Of a stretch of DNA of 61,268 bases, positions 9,720 to 19,623 are shown piece by piece. The translations under genes were made by a program, and so were the position numbers. The notes below the pieces were generated by a model. That model made no database searches. It saw only the letters and a program-made list of their open reading frames with translations, and had not been told where the DNA came from. Within the stretch, counting starts at the first letter, position 1. Each line of letters begins with the position of its first letter. The stretch covers positions 1 to 61,268 of the IMG/VR virus record IMGVR_UViG_3300036791_000423. One strand, 5' to 3'. The stretch comes from a virus (lineage: Duplodnaviria > Caudoviricetes).

Positions 9720-9998
9720 ATGGCTACCACTGCAAAAAAGGCTAAATCCGCTCCCAAGGCCCGTAAGGCCGTCAAGGCCAAATCGACGGCTCGTCGCGTG
9801 ATCAAGAAGGGCGCGGCCAAGAAGGGTGTTGCGACCGGCATCAATGCCAAGGGACACCGCGAAGGTTCAATCAAGTCGAAGGCCCATGATATCTTCGACA
9901 AGGTCGGTGACAATGACAAGGCTCGGGCGCAGGTGCTCAAGCTTGGTGTCAAGGAGACCACGGTCTCGTCTTGGTTTTCGACCTTCCGTAACGTCTAA
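9720..9998 (+). CDS. small Lys/Ala-rich putative DNA-binding protein
   Basis: AAAAGGA RBS; ATTAKKAKSAPKARK... N-terminus. Confidence 0.7.
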   Translation: MATTAKKAKSAPKARKAVKAKSTARRVIKKGAAKKGVATGINAKGHREGSIKSKAHDIFDKVGDNDKARAQVLKLGVKETTVSSWFSTFRNV

Positions 9999-10013
9999 AA
10001 TCCGCAAACGCGA

Positions 10014-10052
10014 CCCTATGCCCGGCACCTGCAAAGGTTACCGGGCATAGGG
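10014..10052 (+). repeat. Structured element family C, copy 1 (copy 2 at 22453-22500)
   Basis: 27-nt identical core GCCCGGCACCTGCAAAGGTTACCGGGC with a GCAA tetraloop. Confidence 0.8.
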
Positions 10053-10086
10053 CATTAGGACAATCACACTCCAAAAAGGAACCATC

Positions 10087-10488
10087 ATGACTTTTGAACA
10101 AGAGGCCAGTGTGCTGGCCAATCTCGACACTATCCTTAGCGCCCCAACGCCTCCGCCGCTTCCGCTTCCTCGCCGTCGCTGGAAGCGCAAGCTCATGGCC
10201 ATCACCGCGCTCGCGGCGATCGGTTTCGGATATTATGTCTATAGCGGGGTAACCCATGTGGACACCATGGCCGAAAAAGGCTTGCGGCTTTGGGACCGCA
10301 CCGAGCTCCTGATCCAAGCTGATCCGTATCACCGTTCACCGGCCTCTTGTGATCTGGCTCGTGACGCCGCGACCAAGCTTCGGGCCTTGCAGGCTGGTGA
10401 CAAATTAGACATGTTGTCCGAGCGGATTGTGGCGCTCAATGACCTCGGCACAAACGCCAAACTCTGCGTAAGGGAGTTATCTAGATGA
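10087..10488 (+). CDS. single-pass membrane protein
   Basis: Hydrophobic segment LMAITALAAIGFGYYVY; AAAAGGAACC RBS. Confidence 0.65.
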   Translation: MTFEQEASVLANLDTILSAPTPPPLPLPRRRWKRKLMAITALAAIGFGYYVYSGVTHVDTMAEKGLRLWDRTELLIQADPYHRSPASCDLARDAATKLRALQAGDKLDMLSERIVALNDLGTNAKLCVRELSR

Positions 10489-10892
10489 AGCGTGTCTGCT
10501 TTGTCAGTTGTGGAAAAAACAAGGCCTCTGAAAAGAGGCCTTGTTCTTTTTTATATACGGGTGATTTGTTCCAAAAGTCGTTTCGGCTGGCCAAGGTCAG
10601 CTATGACGCCGTGGCGATTTTATCGGCAAAGCACGGCATGTTACAGCCCGATGACGTGATTGCACCCTATGACCTTACGCTTAAGACCATGGCCAAGCGC
10701 GAGCGTGCCTTATGGGCGCGCAAGGTCTCGGCGCAAATCATTGCGCGCTATCCACCCGAGGCTTGGCAATATGTTTACTTTGCCGGTGCCGATTATACGC
10801 AAGGCTTGCCGACGGGCGAGCACCCAATGGGTAAACTATCGTTCGGCCGTCGCTTGCAATGGCTGAACCAAAAATTACGGACGCTGGATTAG
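10485..10892 (+). CDS. DUF6884-like protein
   Basis: SCGKNK...LYTGDLF...ILSAKHG.L.P...IAPYDLTL pattern. Confidence 0.65.
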   Translation: MKRVCFVSCGKNKASEKRPCSFLYTGDLFQKSFRLAKVSYDAVAILSAKHGMLQPDDVIAPYDLTLKTMAKRERALWARKVSAQIIARYPPEAWQYVYFAGADYTQGLPTGEHPMGKLSFGRRLQWLNQKLRTLD

Positions 10893-10962
10893 CCAGCGGC
10901 TTAGCTGATCGATCCAAAGGCCTGCCATGGTGGCAGGCTTTTTCATTTTGGGAGGTGACAAA

Positions 10963-11121
10963 ATGTCGAACAATGATTTCATTTGCGAAGATTGCAAATA
11001 CCATGTCTACGGTTTCGGATTCAAGAGAGACGCAAAGCTTTGCGTCAATTGTCAATGGCTCAAAGATCATCCAGACGCATCAGAAGAAATCAAGGCAATC
11101 ATAAGAGGAGAACGCAAATGA
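10963..11121 (+). CDS. small CxxC...CxxC protein
   Basis: GGAGGT RBS. Confidence 0.55.
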   Translation: MSNNDFICEDCKYHVYGFGFKRDAKLCVNCQWLKDHPDASEEIKAIIRGERK

Positions 11122-11885
11122 CTTCAGCGCTAGTGATTCTGTCCGGTGGCCAAGACTCAACGACATGCCTTTACTGGGCCAAGCAATATTACGACAAAGT
11201 GCATGCGATCACCTTTGACTATGGCCAGCGGCACCGGCGCGAGCTTGAAGCCGCGTTTCTGATTGGCCATATGGCCAAGACTGATTCGCATGAGATTTTA
11301 CCAATAGGATCGATACTGGCAGGCAAATCACCGCTGACCGATCATTCGCAGCCACTTGAGACCTATTCCGATTACGCGTCTATGGACAAGATCATCGGTA
11401 ATCGTGTCGAGCTGACATTTGTACCAATGCGCAACGCATTGTTTCTGACACTGGCAGCCAATCGCGCTGCGGTGCTTGACATCCAAAACATCATCACAGG
11501 CGTATGCCAGCAGGACAATGCCAACTACCCTGACTGTAGATTAAGTTTTATCCGCAGCATGCAACAAACGATCAACGAGGCGCTTGGCTTGGATTACACC
11601 ATGCGTATCATCACGCCATTGATGACCTTGTCCAAGGCTGACAGTATCCGCATGGCGATGGAACTACCCGGTTGTATGGATGCCTTGGCCTATAGCCATA
11701 CTGCTTACGACAATGCGTATCCGCCCAATGGCAGGGACCATGCTTCAACACTGCGCGCCCAAGGCTTTTTGGAAGCCGGTATCCCCGATCCGCTGATAGT
11801 CCGCGCAGTGTTTGAAAACCTGATGGACCTTCCGGCAGGGACAAATTATGATGGCTTGCGCACCATCGCAGTCAAAGGGGAATAA
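11118..11885 (+). CDS. queC: 7-cyano-7-deazaguanine synthase
   Basis: SGGQDSTT PP-loop, FDYGQRH, VPMRNALFL, YPDCR; the usual C-terminal Cys ligands are not evident. Confidence 0.92.
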   Translation: MTSALVILSGGQDSTTCLYWAKQYYDKVHAITFDYGQRHRRELEAAFLIGHMAKTDSHEILPIGSILAGKSPLTDHSQPLETYSDYASMDKIIGNRVELTFVPMRNALFLTLAANRAAVLDIQNIITGVCQQDNANYPDCRLSFIRSMQQTINEALGLDYTMRIITPLMTLSKADSIRMAMELPGCMDALAYSHTAYDNAYPPNGRDHASTLRAQGFLEAGIPDPLIVRAVFENLMDLPAGTNYDGLRTIAVKGE

Positions 11886-11888
11886 CCC

Positions 11889-12248
11889 ATGATCCAGATC
11901 ACCCGCCGCTATCACTTTGAAGCCGCGCATTTCCTGCCCAAGGTCCCTGAAGGCCATAAGTGCAAACGCATGCATGGCCACAATTATGAGATCGAAGTCA
12001 CCGTCGCCAAGCCGCTAGGTAAAGACGGCTTCCTGATGGATTTCGCGGACCTCGACAAGCTGGTACAGCCAATCATTGACAAGATTGATCACCGCACGCT
12101 CAATGACATCAAAGGTCTTGAAAATCCAACGGCTGAACTGATCGGTCAGTGGTTTATGGACAAGCTGGCCAAGCATGATGTGCATGGTATAAGAGTGTAT
12201 GAGACAAAAGATTGTTGGAGCACAATCTGGAGGCCAGCCGATGAATGA
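11889..12248 (+). CDS. queD: 6-carboxy-5,6,7,8-tetrahydropterin synthase
   Basis: FEAAH..., C.RMHGHNY, DHRTLND, NPTAE, VYET. Confidence 0.95.
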   Translation: MIQITRRYHFEAAHFLPKVPEGHKCKRMHGHNYEIEVTVAKPLGKDGFLMDFADLDKLVQPIIDKIDHRTLNDIKGLENPTAELIGQWFMDKLAKHDVHGIRVYETKDCWSTIWRPADE

Positions 12249-12831
12249 ACTGGATGATGAGCGAAATCAATTCGCTATCAAAACACTGCTAAAATTTATC
12301 GGCGAAGACCCAAACCGCGAAGGCTTGCGGGATACGCCTGCTCGCGTCATGCGTGCTTGGCGCGAATGGGCCACCGGCTATACTCAAGACCCGGCAACCA
12401 TCCTTGCGCGGACCTTTGAAGATGGCGCGCAAGACTTCAACGAAATGGTGATCGTGCATAACGCACCGGTCATCAGCAAATGCGAACACCATTTGGCTGA
12501 CATCATAGGCCATGCCCATATCGGCTATATCCCAAAAGGCAAGATCGTAGGCATTTCAAAGCTGGTGCGGCTGGTGGATTGCTTTGCCCGTCGATTACAG
12601 GTCCAAGAACGGCTTACGACGCAGATTGCCGACGCGATTATGCAGCACCTCGAGCCGATTGGAGTGGGCGTGCTGGTACGAGCATCGCATGCCTGCATGT
12701 CAACGCGTGGTGTCAACATCCAGCGCTCGGTGACGACCACATCGGCCATGCGCGGTGCGCTGATGGACAAGCCGGAAGCGAGAAAAGAATTTCTGGACCT
12801 ATGTGCAATGGCGGAAAAAGAAGTTCAGTAG
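12241..12831 (+). CDS. folE: GTP cyclohydrolase I
   Basis: REGLRDTPARV, CEHH, GISKL.R, RRLQVQERLT, H.CM..RG. Confidence 0.95.
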   Translation: MNELDDERNQFAIKTLLKFIGEDPNREGLRDTPARVMRAWREWATGYTQDPATILARTFEDGAQDFNEMVIVHNAPVISKCEHHLADIIGHAHIGYIPKGKIVGISKLVRLVDCFARRLQVQERLTTQIADAIMQHLEPIGVGVLVRASHACMSTRGVNIQRSVTTTSAMRGALMDKPEARKEFLDLCAMAEKEVQ

Positions 12832-12843
12832 GGGAGTGATCAT

Positions 12844-13836
12844 ATGCGTATCTATCTGGCAGGCTGGTGGCATGTCGGCAACGCCATCGGAACCAACATC
12901 CATCAGTATAATCTGCATACCGTGCGGTATCCGTTTCATCTCGAGTCGTTCCATTACATGGACCGGCAAATCATTCAGCAGGCCCGCATGGCACAGACCA
13001 AGATGTTCTTGGACAGTGGCGCATTCAGCGCCATGACACAAGGCGTAAAGATCAACATCAAGGCTTATGCCAAGTTCATCCAAGGCAATCAGGACATCGT
13101 CGATTTCGCTTCCAATCTTGACGATACCACCAAGACCGAACAGGTAAGTTACGACAATCAAAAGTATCTGGAAGGTGCAGGCTGCCAAGTCAAGCCGGTG
13201 TTCCATTGTCGCGAAGACGAGAAATGGCTGCGCCGCTATATCGACGAAGGTTACGACTACATCCTGTTGGGCGGCATGGTCCCAGAAACCACCAAATGGC
13301 TAATCGGCTGGCTTGATCACCTTTGGCATCACTACTTTACTAAATCAGATGGTACCGCACGGTTCAAGGTTCATGGTTTTGGCTTGACCAGTCTACCGCT
13401 GATGTATCGCTATCCATGGTATAGCGTCGATTCGTCATCATGGGCACAGACCGCCAAGTTCGGCGGTGTCCTGCTTGACATCATGCAGCCTGATGGCAGC
13501 TATAAGGATTACAACATCGAGTTTTCCGACAACACCGCCAGCCGTTATAATCTGCACGGCTGGCACTATTGGAGTTTAAGCAAAGATGAGCAGCGGACAA
13601 TTGAAAACCGCTTGGCCGAGATGGAGGAAGCACGCCATAAAAATCCTGAAATCGAAGACCGCTTGGCGGTGATGATGAAATGCAAACAAGGCTTCTACCC
13701 CGAAGCTTTGGCCAAATCTTACGGCTGGCGCATGTATGCCAATCTGGAATATTTCCGCCGTGCCATGGAACGCCGCGTCACAACGTTTCGTCGTAAGCAG
13801 GATACTCTGTGGGACCACTTTGGGAGGACCGGATGA
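12844..13836 (+). CDS. dpdA: DNA 7-deazaguanine transglycosylase (TGT-like)
   Basis: FLDSGAFS, PVFH, LGG, VHGFG, YPWYSVDSSSW motifs; embedded in the que cluster. Confidence 0.85.
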   Translation: MRIYLAGWWHVGNAIGTNIHQYNLHTVRYPFHLESFHYMDRQIIQQARMAQTKMFLDSGAFSAMTQGVKINIKAYAKFIQGNQDIVDFASNLDDTTKTEQVSYDNQKYLEGAGCQVKPVFHCREDEKWLRRYIDEGYDYILLGGMVPETTKWLIGWLDHLWHHYFTKSDGTARFKVHGFGLTSLPLMYRYPWYSVDSSSWAQTAKFGGVLLDIMQPDGSYKDYNIEFSDNTASRYNLHGWHYWSLSKDEQRTIENRLAEMEEARHKNPEIEDRLAVMMKCKQGFYPEALAKSYGWRMYANLEYFRRAMERRVTTFRRKQDTLWDHFGRTG

Positions 13837-14005
13837 TGCCGGGAAGTGTAGGTCGAGCAAAGAAATCCGTCGAACAGATCATGGATCGCTTAGATGAGTT
13901 TCAAGGCAAGCACCAAGATGATATGGCCATGCTTGAACTATCAGCTATCATCAGAGAGCTTGCTTTTACACTCCAACATCTATTGGAAAGCGCGAGGGAG
14001 CCGCA

Positions 14006-14227
14006 ATGAAAGATGAAAAACAAATTGATGCTTCGATTGCACGCCAGTTATCGCGTTCAATGATGAAAAACGCCAAGCTGACTGCTCGGCTGCACGCGCT
14101 ACGGGCGGTTGTCGAAACCGTCAGAACGACTCTCCCGGATAATCTTGTTTGGGACAATCCTTTACGTGACCTTTGCACCAAGGCATTGGAAATCGATAAT
14201 ACGTTAGCCGAGAAGGAAGACCTATGA
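14006..14227 (+). CDS. hypothetical protein
   Basis: GAGGGAG RBS; overlapping stop/start. Confidence 0.55.
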   Translation: MKDEKQIDASIARQLSRSMMKNAKLTARLHALRAVVETVRTTLPDNLVWDNPLRDLCTKALEIDNTLAEKEDL

Positions 14228-14457
14228 TCAAGCAATGGATCGAAGATCGATGCGTGCGCTGGCTTGCATCGCGCGGCTATCACAGCATAAGAGTGGGCGT
14301 GCCATATCTGATCATGACCTATGCTACGGGTACTTTTCATGATGTTTACGATGGCACGGTTTATACGATCCACATGCCGAAAGGACATAAACGCGTGGCA
14401 TTGCTAAACACGGTGCTTGTGCCAGACAAGCCGCCACCGATGCCGAGGAAAAAATGA
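14224..14457 (+). CDS. hypothetical protein
   Basis: ATGA-coupled ORF. Confidence 0.5.
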   Translation: MIKQWIEDRCVRWLASRGYHSIRVGVPYLIMTYATGTFHDVYDGTVYTIHMPKGHKRVALLNTVLVPDKPPPMPRKK

Positions 14458-15422
14458 AACAATCGCTCAAATGGATCACTGATGCGATCAGTACCAAGGA
14501 TGTGGCGCATGGCATGTCGCATTACAAGATTGCCGAGCGCCAGATACGCGCGACCAATGGCCGCTTGATTGCGGCGCACCCGTGGCCAGCCGACGGAAGC
14601 TTCGTCGTACCGGGTGATGAGTTTGAAAAGCTTGTTGGCCGCATGCCGGAAGAACCCACGATCAAAATCAATGACAACAGCATCACTGTTCGCGCCGGAC
14701 GCTACCATGGCACGATCAATACCCTTAGTCCTGATGCATGGATACAACCGGGTGTCGATGAAGCTGATTGGAAAAAACTGCCACCGCGGCTGTTGCCTGT
14801 CCTGCATGCACTACGCCCATTCGTCAGTGACAATGCCATGCAGCCATGGGCGGACTGTATCGCGCTGGAAAACAATTGGGGATACGCCACCAACAATGTG
14901 GCCTTGGCTGGCGCACATTGTCCCGGCCTCGGCAAGATCATGGCGCTACTGCCATCATGGGCGGTTGACTTTATCCTGACAAGGGAAGAAGGAATCACTG
15001 ATTGGGCTTGGACGGCAAACTATGTTGCTTTTCGCTGGCAGAACAATGCTTGGCTACGATCGACGCTGGTGATCGGACAATTTCCAGAGCGCGCGGCCGA
15101 ACTGGTGCGATCAAGTCTTGATGAAAAACCATCGCAGGAAATCAGTGATGATTTTCGCAAGGCCTTTAACAGTGTGGCGCATATGGCCGAGGACACGATC
15201 GAAGTGCATGCCGACAAGATGGTAGCACGTTTCAAGCAAGCCGAAGTCATTGCTGAGATCGAATGCGAAGTGCCCAATGGCTGCAAGTGTTCGATATGGG
15301 GAGCAACTTACCTGGTACCGGCGATTAACTCAGCAACACATTGGCAACCTAGTCTATGGCCGAAGCCTGTTCCGTTTAAAGGTGACATGGTCAGCGGCTA
15401 TGTCGTCGGCAGACGAATGTGA
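14454..15422 (+). CDS. DNA sliding clamp (DnaN beta)-like protein
   Basis: 322 aa; repeated ATNG/ATNN motifs analogous to the AT(D/N)G repeats of beta clamps; lies in the replication region. Confidence 0.55.
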   Translation: MKQSLKWITDAISTKDVAHGMSHYKIAERQIRATNGRLIAAHPWPADGSFVVPGDEFEKLVGRMPEEPTIKINDNSITVRAGRYHGTINTLSPDAWIQPGVDEADWKKLPPRLLPVLHALRPFVSDNAMQPWADCIALENNWGYATNNVALAGAHCPGLGKIMALLPSWAVDFILTREEGITDWAWTANYVAFRWQNNAWLRSTLVIGQFPERAAELVRSSLDEKPSQEISDDFRKAFNSVAHMAEDTIEVHADKMVARFKQAEVIAEIECEVPNGCKCSIWGATYLVPAINSATHWQPSLWPKPVPFKGDMVSGYVVGRRM

Positions 15423-15536
15423 ACACTGGTAGATGTGATCAGGTTTGAGTGGTTCCTTTCCTGATTTAGTCTGCCAGCTAGGAGGCGGTGGTGGGTAAGT
15501 ACGCCGCCGCCTCCGACCTTAACAGGAGAAATAAAA

Positions 15537-16235
15537 ATGCACGGAAAAAATCATATAGAAAGAGTGAAACATGACGAGGGCATGGAATTGCATGTTGTCA
15601 AAGGTAGTCCGTTTCTCACTATCCAAGGCGAAGGGCCATATATCGGATATCCGGCTATCTTCATTAGGCTGCATGGTTGTCATCTACGTTGCGTATTTTG
15701 CGATACTGCTTTTGATGATGCCGACGACCCGACTTGGACCATCTACGATCTTGTCGGCAAAATCACCCGCATTTGTAAGCTTGCCAAACTTGTCGTCATC
15801 ACCGGCGGCGAACCCATGCGGCAAAACATCAAACCACTATGCCAACAATTATGCGGCAACGGTTTCCGCGTGCAAATAGAAACCGCCGGAACATTTTGGC
15901 TGGATGGCATCGAAAAATATGCCGATATTGTCTGTTCGCCCAAGACACCGACAATCCACAAAGAGGTATATCGTCATGCCAGAGCCTTCAAATATGTCAT
16001 CAGTACTGGACAGATTTTCGACGATAGCTACCCTGTACCAATTACAGCGACGCAACCGGAAGCGCGGCCGAACCGGCTGGCGTTGCCGCGCCGCGGTGCG
16101 GCGGTTTATCTTTCGCCGATGGACGAAGGAGATGAAACCGCCAATGCTGCCAATCGTAAACTCGTCGGCGAACTCGCCATTCGATTCGGAGTCATCGCCG
16201 GAATCCAATTGCACAAATTTATAGGTGTCGAATGA
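15537..16235 (+). CDS. queE: 7-carboxy-7-deazaguanine synthase (radical SAM)
   Basis: TIQGEG..G..AIFIRL.GCHLRCVFCDT, VITGGEP, IETAG, QLHK. Confidence 0.95.
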   Translation: MHGKNHIERVKHDEGMELHVVKGSPFLTIQGEGPYIGYPAIFIRLHGCHLRCVFCDTAFDDADDPTWTIYDLVGKITRICKLAKLVVITGGEPMRQNIKPLCQQLCGNGFRVQIETAGTFWLDGIEKYADIVCSPKTPTIHKEVYRHARAFKYVISTGQIFDDSYPVPITATQPEARPNRLALPRRGAAVYLSPMDEGDETANAANRKLVGELAIRFGVIAGIQLHKFIGVE

Positions 16236-16546
16236 TTGGCCATGTAATTCTGCGTCATCCACGCGCAACATTGGATCACTTGGGCATCTTGCCCGAGATG
16301 TTAAATCCAGCCAATCCAAAATCAGCGCGCGAACAACTCAACGATGGTTATCGTCACGGCGGTGGCTGGCATCCGCAACCCGGCTTTAAGCTACGCGATG
16401 ATGACAGTCTCAAATATCCGGGTGATCCAGCTTTCCCGCCACTATTTGAAATGCATCTGCGCAACGAACGCATATTGGTCTATGAACATGCTTACGTTGC
16501 CATCATCCAGCCTGATCGATCCTTTGAAGTCTGTCGAATGGATTGA
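16232..16546 (+). CDS. hypothetical protein
   Basis: ATGA-coupled ORF. Confidence 0.65.
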   Translation: MIGHVILRHPRATLDHLGILPEMLNPANPKSAREQLNDGYRHGGGWHPQPGFKLRDDDSLKYPGDPAFPPLFEMHLRNERILVYEHAYVAIIQPDRSFEVCRMD

Positions 16547-16550
16547 CGCC

Positions 16551-16805
16551 ATGACAATGCAAGACAACAAGTGTGATGTATGTAACATCAAGCCACCGAT
16601 AGGCGTGGCATCAACCGCCATACCGCTTAGCGTTGCGTACTGTGTCGAATGCGCAAGACGCCATGCTCAACCGCTATGCGTATTCCTGATGTGGGAAGAA
16701 GAGATACCGCCAGAACACCACGCGGCTCCCGATCAATTTTGCACGTTTGATAACGGCAGTTACATCTCTTATCGGAAATGGTATAGATTGCGTCACAAAA
16801 AGTAG
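16551..16805 (+). CDS. small CxxC protein
   Basis: CDVC...CVEC. Confidence 0.55.
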   Translation: MTMQDNKCDVCNIKPPIGVASTAIPLSVAYCVECARRHAQPLCVFLMWEEEIPPEHHAAPDQFCTFDNGSYISYRKWYRLRHKK

Positions 16806-16815
16806 GCGGTGCAGC

Positions 16816-17214
16816 ATGACACCTGGTGGACAGTTTACAAAAATCATGATGATGACAACCAGTGATAATGATCAAGAATGTCTGGTGGCCATTCGCAAAG
16901 CCAATCGTGTCCTCAAGATGGCGCAAGTGACTTGGGAAGACATGCTAAAAGCGTTAAACGCTCCTGCGGCACCGCCACCGCGGCCGGAGCCGGAGTGGCA
17001 TAATGTCAACACTGGCCAGACGGGCGGCAGTACCAAGAAAAAATATACCAACGAAAAGGAGATCAACGGCTTCTTTGATCGGATATTTAGCCGCGATATG
17101 TCTGGCGACTTCGAGGAGTTCGCCATGTCAGTGCATCTATGGTGGAAGGACAAAGGCTTCTTGACCGAGCGACAATACAACGCCATCAAGAAATCGGCCG
17201 AAGTGCGAGATTAG
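16816..17214 (+). CDS. hypothetical protein
   Basis: ORF in a co-oriented run. Confidence 0.6.
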   Translation: MTPGGQFTKIMMMTTSDNDQECLVAIRKANRVLKMAQVTWEDMLKALNAPAAPPPRPEPEWHNVNTGQTGGSTKKKYTNEKEINGFFDRIFSRDMSGDFEEFAMSVHLWWKDKGFLTERQYNAIKKSAEVRD

Positions 17215-17324
17215 GTTTCCGGCAGTTAGCTGTACTCTCTGTCGGGAAGCGCGGGTGGTGAGGCTAGTATACAACCCCCAGCCAACCTCATCACCCGTTG
17301 CTTAAATATATGAGGGAGAAGAAA

Positions 17325-17555
17325 ATGACAAACTCAACAAGTCATGATTTGGTAACCATTTTAAAAAGTGGCAGAAAAACACTACGTCGTATCTATAGTG
17401 ATTTTAGGCATTTAAGAAAAGACAAAATAGCGCCGACTTTTGAAGCTGAAATCCGCAATACCTTGCAAAGATGTTGCCCCGAGTCTAGTCAATTTAACGG
17501 TAAAGACAGCCTATTTAAGCATCATGGTCTAAGCGTGTGGTCACTGCGGGAGTAA
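17325..17555 (+). CDS. hypothetical protein, possible winged helix
   Basis: GAGGGAG RBS. Confidence 0.55.
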   Translation: MTNSTSHDLVTILKSGRKTLRRIYSDFRHLRKDKIAPTFEAEIRNTLQRCCPESSQFNGKDSLFKHHGLSVWSLRE

Positions 17556-17559
17556 CAGC

Positions 17560-19491
17560 ATGCTACGCGACGATGCCTATGGACTTTTCTGGGAAGATAT
17601 ACCACCTATATCGACGCGTGGTACTGCCGGTGATAGACCTCTACCGCCTATCCCGGAGACCGGCTGGCAGATGCCAGATGACTACCCATCGCTCGAAGGC
17701 CAAGGTGCAATTGCACTTGACGTGGAAGGTTATGATCCTGATCTAAAAACTATGGGACCGGGTGCATTACGTGATGGCTATATCTGCGGCGTATCGATCG
17801 GGACCGAAGCAGGATTTAGACGCTATTATCCTGTTGCGCATCAGATGGGACCTAACCTCGACAAGGAAAAAGTATTTCGCTGGCTCAAGCGTGAGCTAAA
17901 GCGACCGGTGCCAAAGATCGGTGCCAATCTGCTTTATGATCTGATGTATTTGACTGAAGCCGGAATCGAGGTCACCGGACCTTTCTATGATGTGCAGGTG
18001 GCCGAGCCGCTGATCGATGAAAACAAGCTTTCCTATTCGCTTGAAAACATAGCCAAGGATTGGTTGGGCGAAGGCAAAAAGCAGAACGCCATGCGCGAAT
18101 GGCTGGTCGAAGCCTTTGGTGAAACCAATTACAAAGGCAATATCTATCGCGCACCGGCTAGTGTTGTCGGACCTTACGGCGAAGGTGACGTTGACTTGCC
18201 ACTTCGCGTCTTTGCATTACAGCGAGCCGAACTACAACGACAAAACCTATGGGACCTGTTCTTACTCGAATCAAGTCTGATACCGATGTTGCTGGCTATG
18301 TGGCGGCGTGGCGTCAATATCGATCTCGATAAAGCCGGACAGATATATGAAAATCTTGCCACCCGCCAAACCGCGGTGCTGCAACAGATCAAGCGCGTAT
18401 CCGGCATTGAAGTGGATATATGGTCCGCTGATAGCTTGGCCGAAGTCTTTGATTCAGCAGGCATCCCATATCTCTATACAGAAAAAACCGGCAAGCCATC
18501 GTTCCGCAAGGATTGGTTACAGGCCTGTCCGGCACCCGTTGCGCAATTGATTGTAGACGCGCGACGGCTGGACAAGTTCAAGGGAACGTTTATCCAAGGC
18601 TATTTGTTGGACGGTCACATCAATGGCTGCGTGCATTGCCAATTCCATCAGCTACGATCCGAAGGTGGCGGCACCGTCAGTGGCCGCTTTTCGTCATCTG
18701 ATCCGAATCTACAAAACATACCAATCCGAGACGAAGAGCTTGGTAACCTTATACGATCATGCTTTATTGCAGAGCATGGCAAGCGTTGGTGGAAGTTTGA
18801 CTGGAGCCAGATTGAATTTAGGTTGGCCATCCATCACGCCGCGCGGCTTAAGCTCTATGGCGCACAACAAGTGGTCGATCAGTATTGGAATGATCCGACA
18901 ACAGATTACCATAAGGTCGTGGCGGAGATCACTGGCCAGCCGCGCAAGATTGCCAAGAACATCAATTTTGGTATCATCTATGGCCTTGGTGTCGATGCCT
19001 TGGCGATCAATCTCGGTGTCGATGTTGATACTGCCTATAGGATGTATCGCGATTATTTGCGACGCGTGCCATTTGTTGGACAGTTACGTAACCGAGCCAT
19101 GGATCATGCAGCACGCACTGGCGTTATCACAACGCTTAAGGGCCGCAACCGGCATTTTGATGTTTGGGAGAAGAACGGTTATTATTTCCAGGAGTACGTC
19201 AAAGGTGCCAAGCGTGCCTTTACTCATAAGGCGCTTAACGCCAGACTACAGGGTGATGCAGCCGACATCATGAAAACCGCCATGTCGCAAAGTTGGGAAG
19301 CTGGCGTATTTGATTATATCGGCGCACCGCATCTGACAGTTCACGATGAACTTGATGGTAGTGACGACAACAGTAAGGCTAGTAATGAAGCCTTGGCCGA
19401 GCTAAAGCATATCATGGAGACTTGCGTTGAACTGCTGGTGCCGTTAAAGGCTGATGGTGGTACCGGCCCAAATTGGGGAGCGATCGAATGA
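17560..19491 (+). CDS. family A DNA polymerase with 3'-5' exonuclease domain
   Basis: ALDVE exo I, GRFSSSDPNLQNIP, motif A DWSQIEFR, motif B R..AK.INFGIIYG, motif C VHDEL. Confidence 0.95.
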   Translation: MLRDDAYGLFWEDIPPISTRGTAGDRPLPPIPETGWQMPDDYPSLEGQGAIALDVEGYDPDLKTMGPGALRDGYICGVSIGTEAGFRRYYPVAHQMGPNLDKEKVFRWLKRELKRPVPKIGANLLYDLMYLTEAGIEVTGPFYDVQVAEPLIDENKLSYSLENIAKDWLGEGKKQNAMREWLVEAFGETNYKGNIYRAPASVVGPYGEGDVDLPLRVFALQRAELQRQNLWDLFLLESSLIPMLLAMWRRGVNIDLDKAGQIYENLATRQTAVLQQIKRVSGIEVDIWSADSLAEVFDSAGIPYLYTEKTGKPSFRKDWLQACPAPVAQLIVDARRLDKFKGTFIQGYLLDGHINGCVHCQFHQLRSEGGGTVSGRFSSSDPNLQNIPIRDEELGNLIRSCFIAEHGKRWWKFDWSQIEFRLAIHHAARLKLYGAQQVVDQYWNDPTTDYHKVVAEITGQPRKIAKNINFGIIYGLGVDALAINLGVDVDTAYRMYRDYLRRVPFVGQLRNRAMDHAARTGVITTLKGRNRHFDVWEKNGYYFQEYVKGAKRAFTHKALNARLQGDAADIMKTAMSQSWEAGVFDYIGAPHLTVHDELDGSDDNSKASNEALAELKHIMETCVELLVPLKADGGTGPNWGAIE

Positions 19492-19623
19492 CAACAAAAG
19501 CCAAGATGCATAGGCTATTCGTAATCGAAGTTTATCTCGACTATGTCATCATGTGCGGACAGATTGTTCGCCGTCCATCCTATGTCAGTCGTTCAGATTG
19601 GCTGGCATTTTGGGAGTAAACAG

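Noticed and set aside
12844-13836. tRNA-guanine transglycosylase (tgt) for queuosine
   Set aside because: No C-terminal CxCxxC zinc site is visible, and the phage que-cluster context fits DNA-acting DpdA better.
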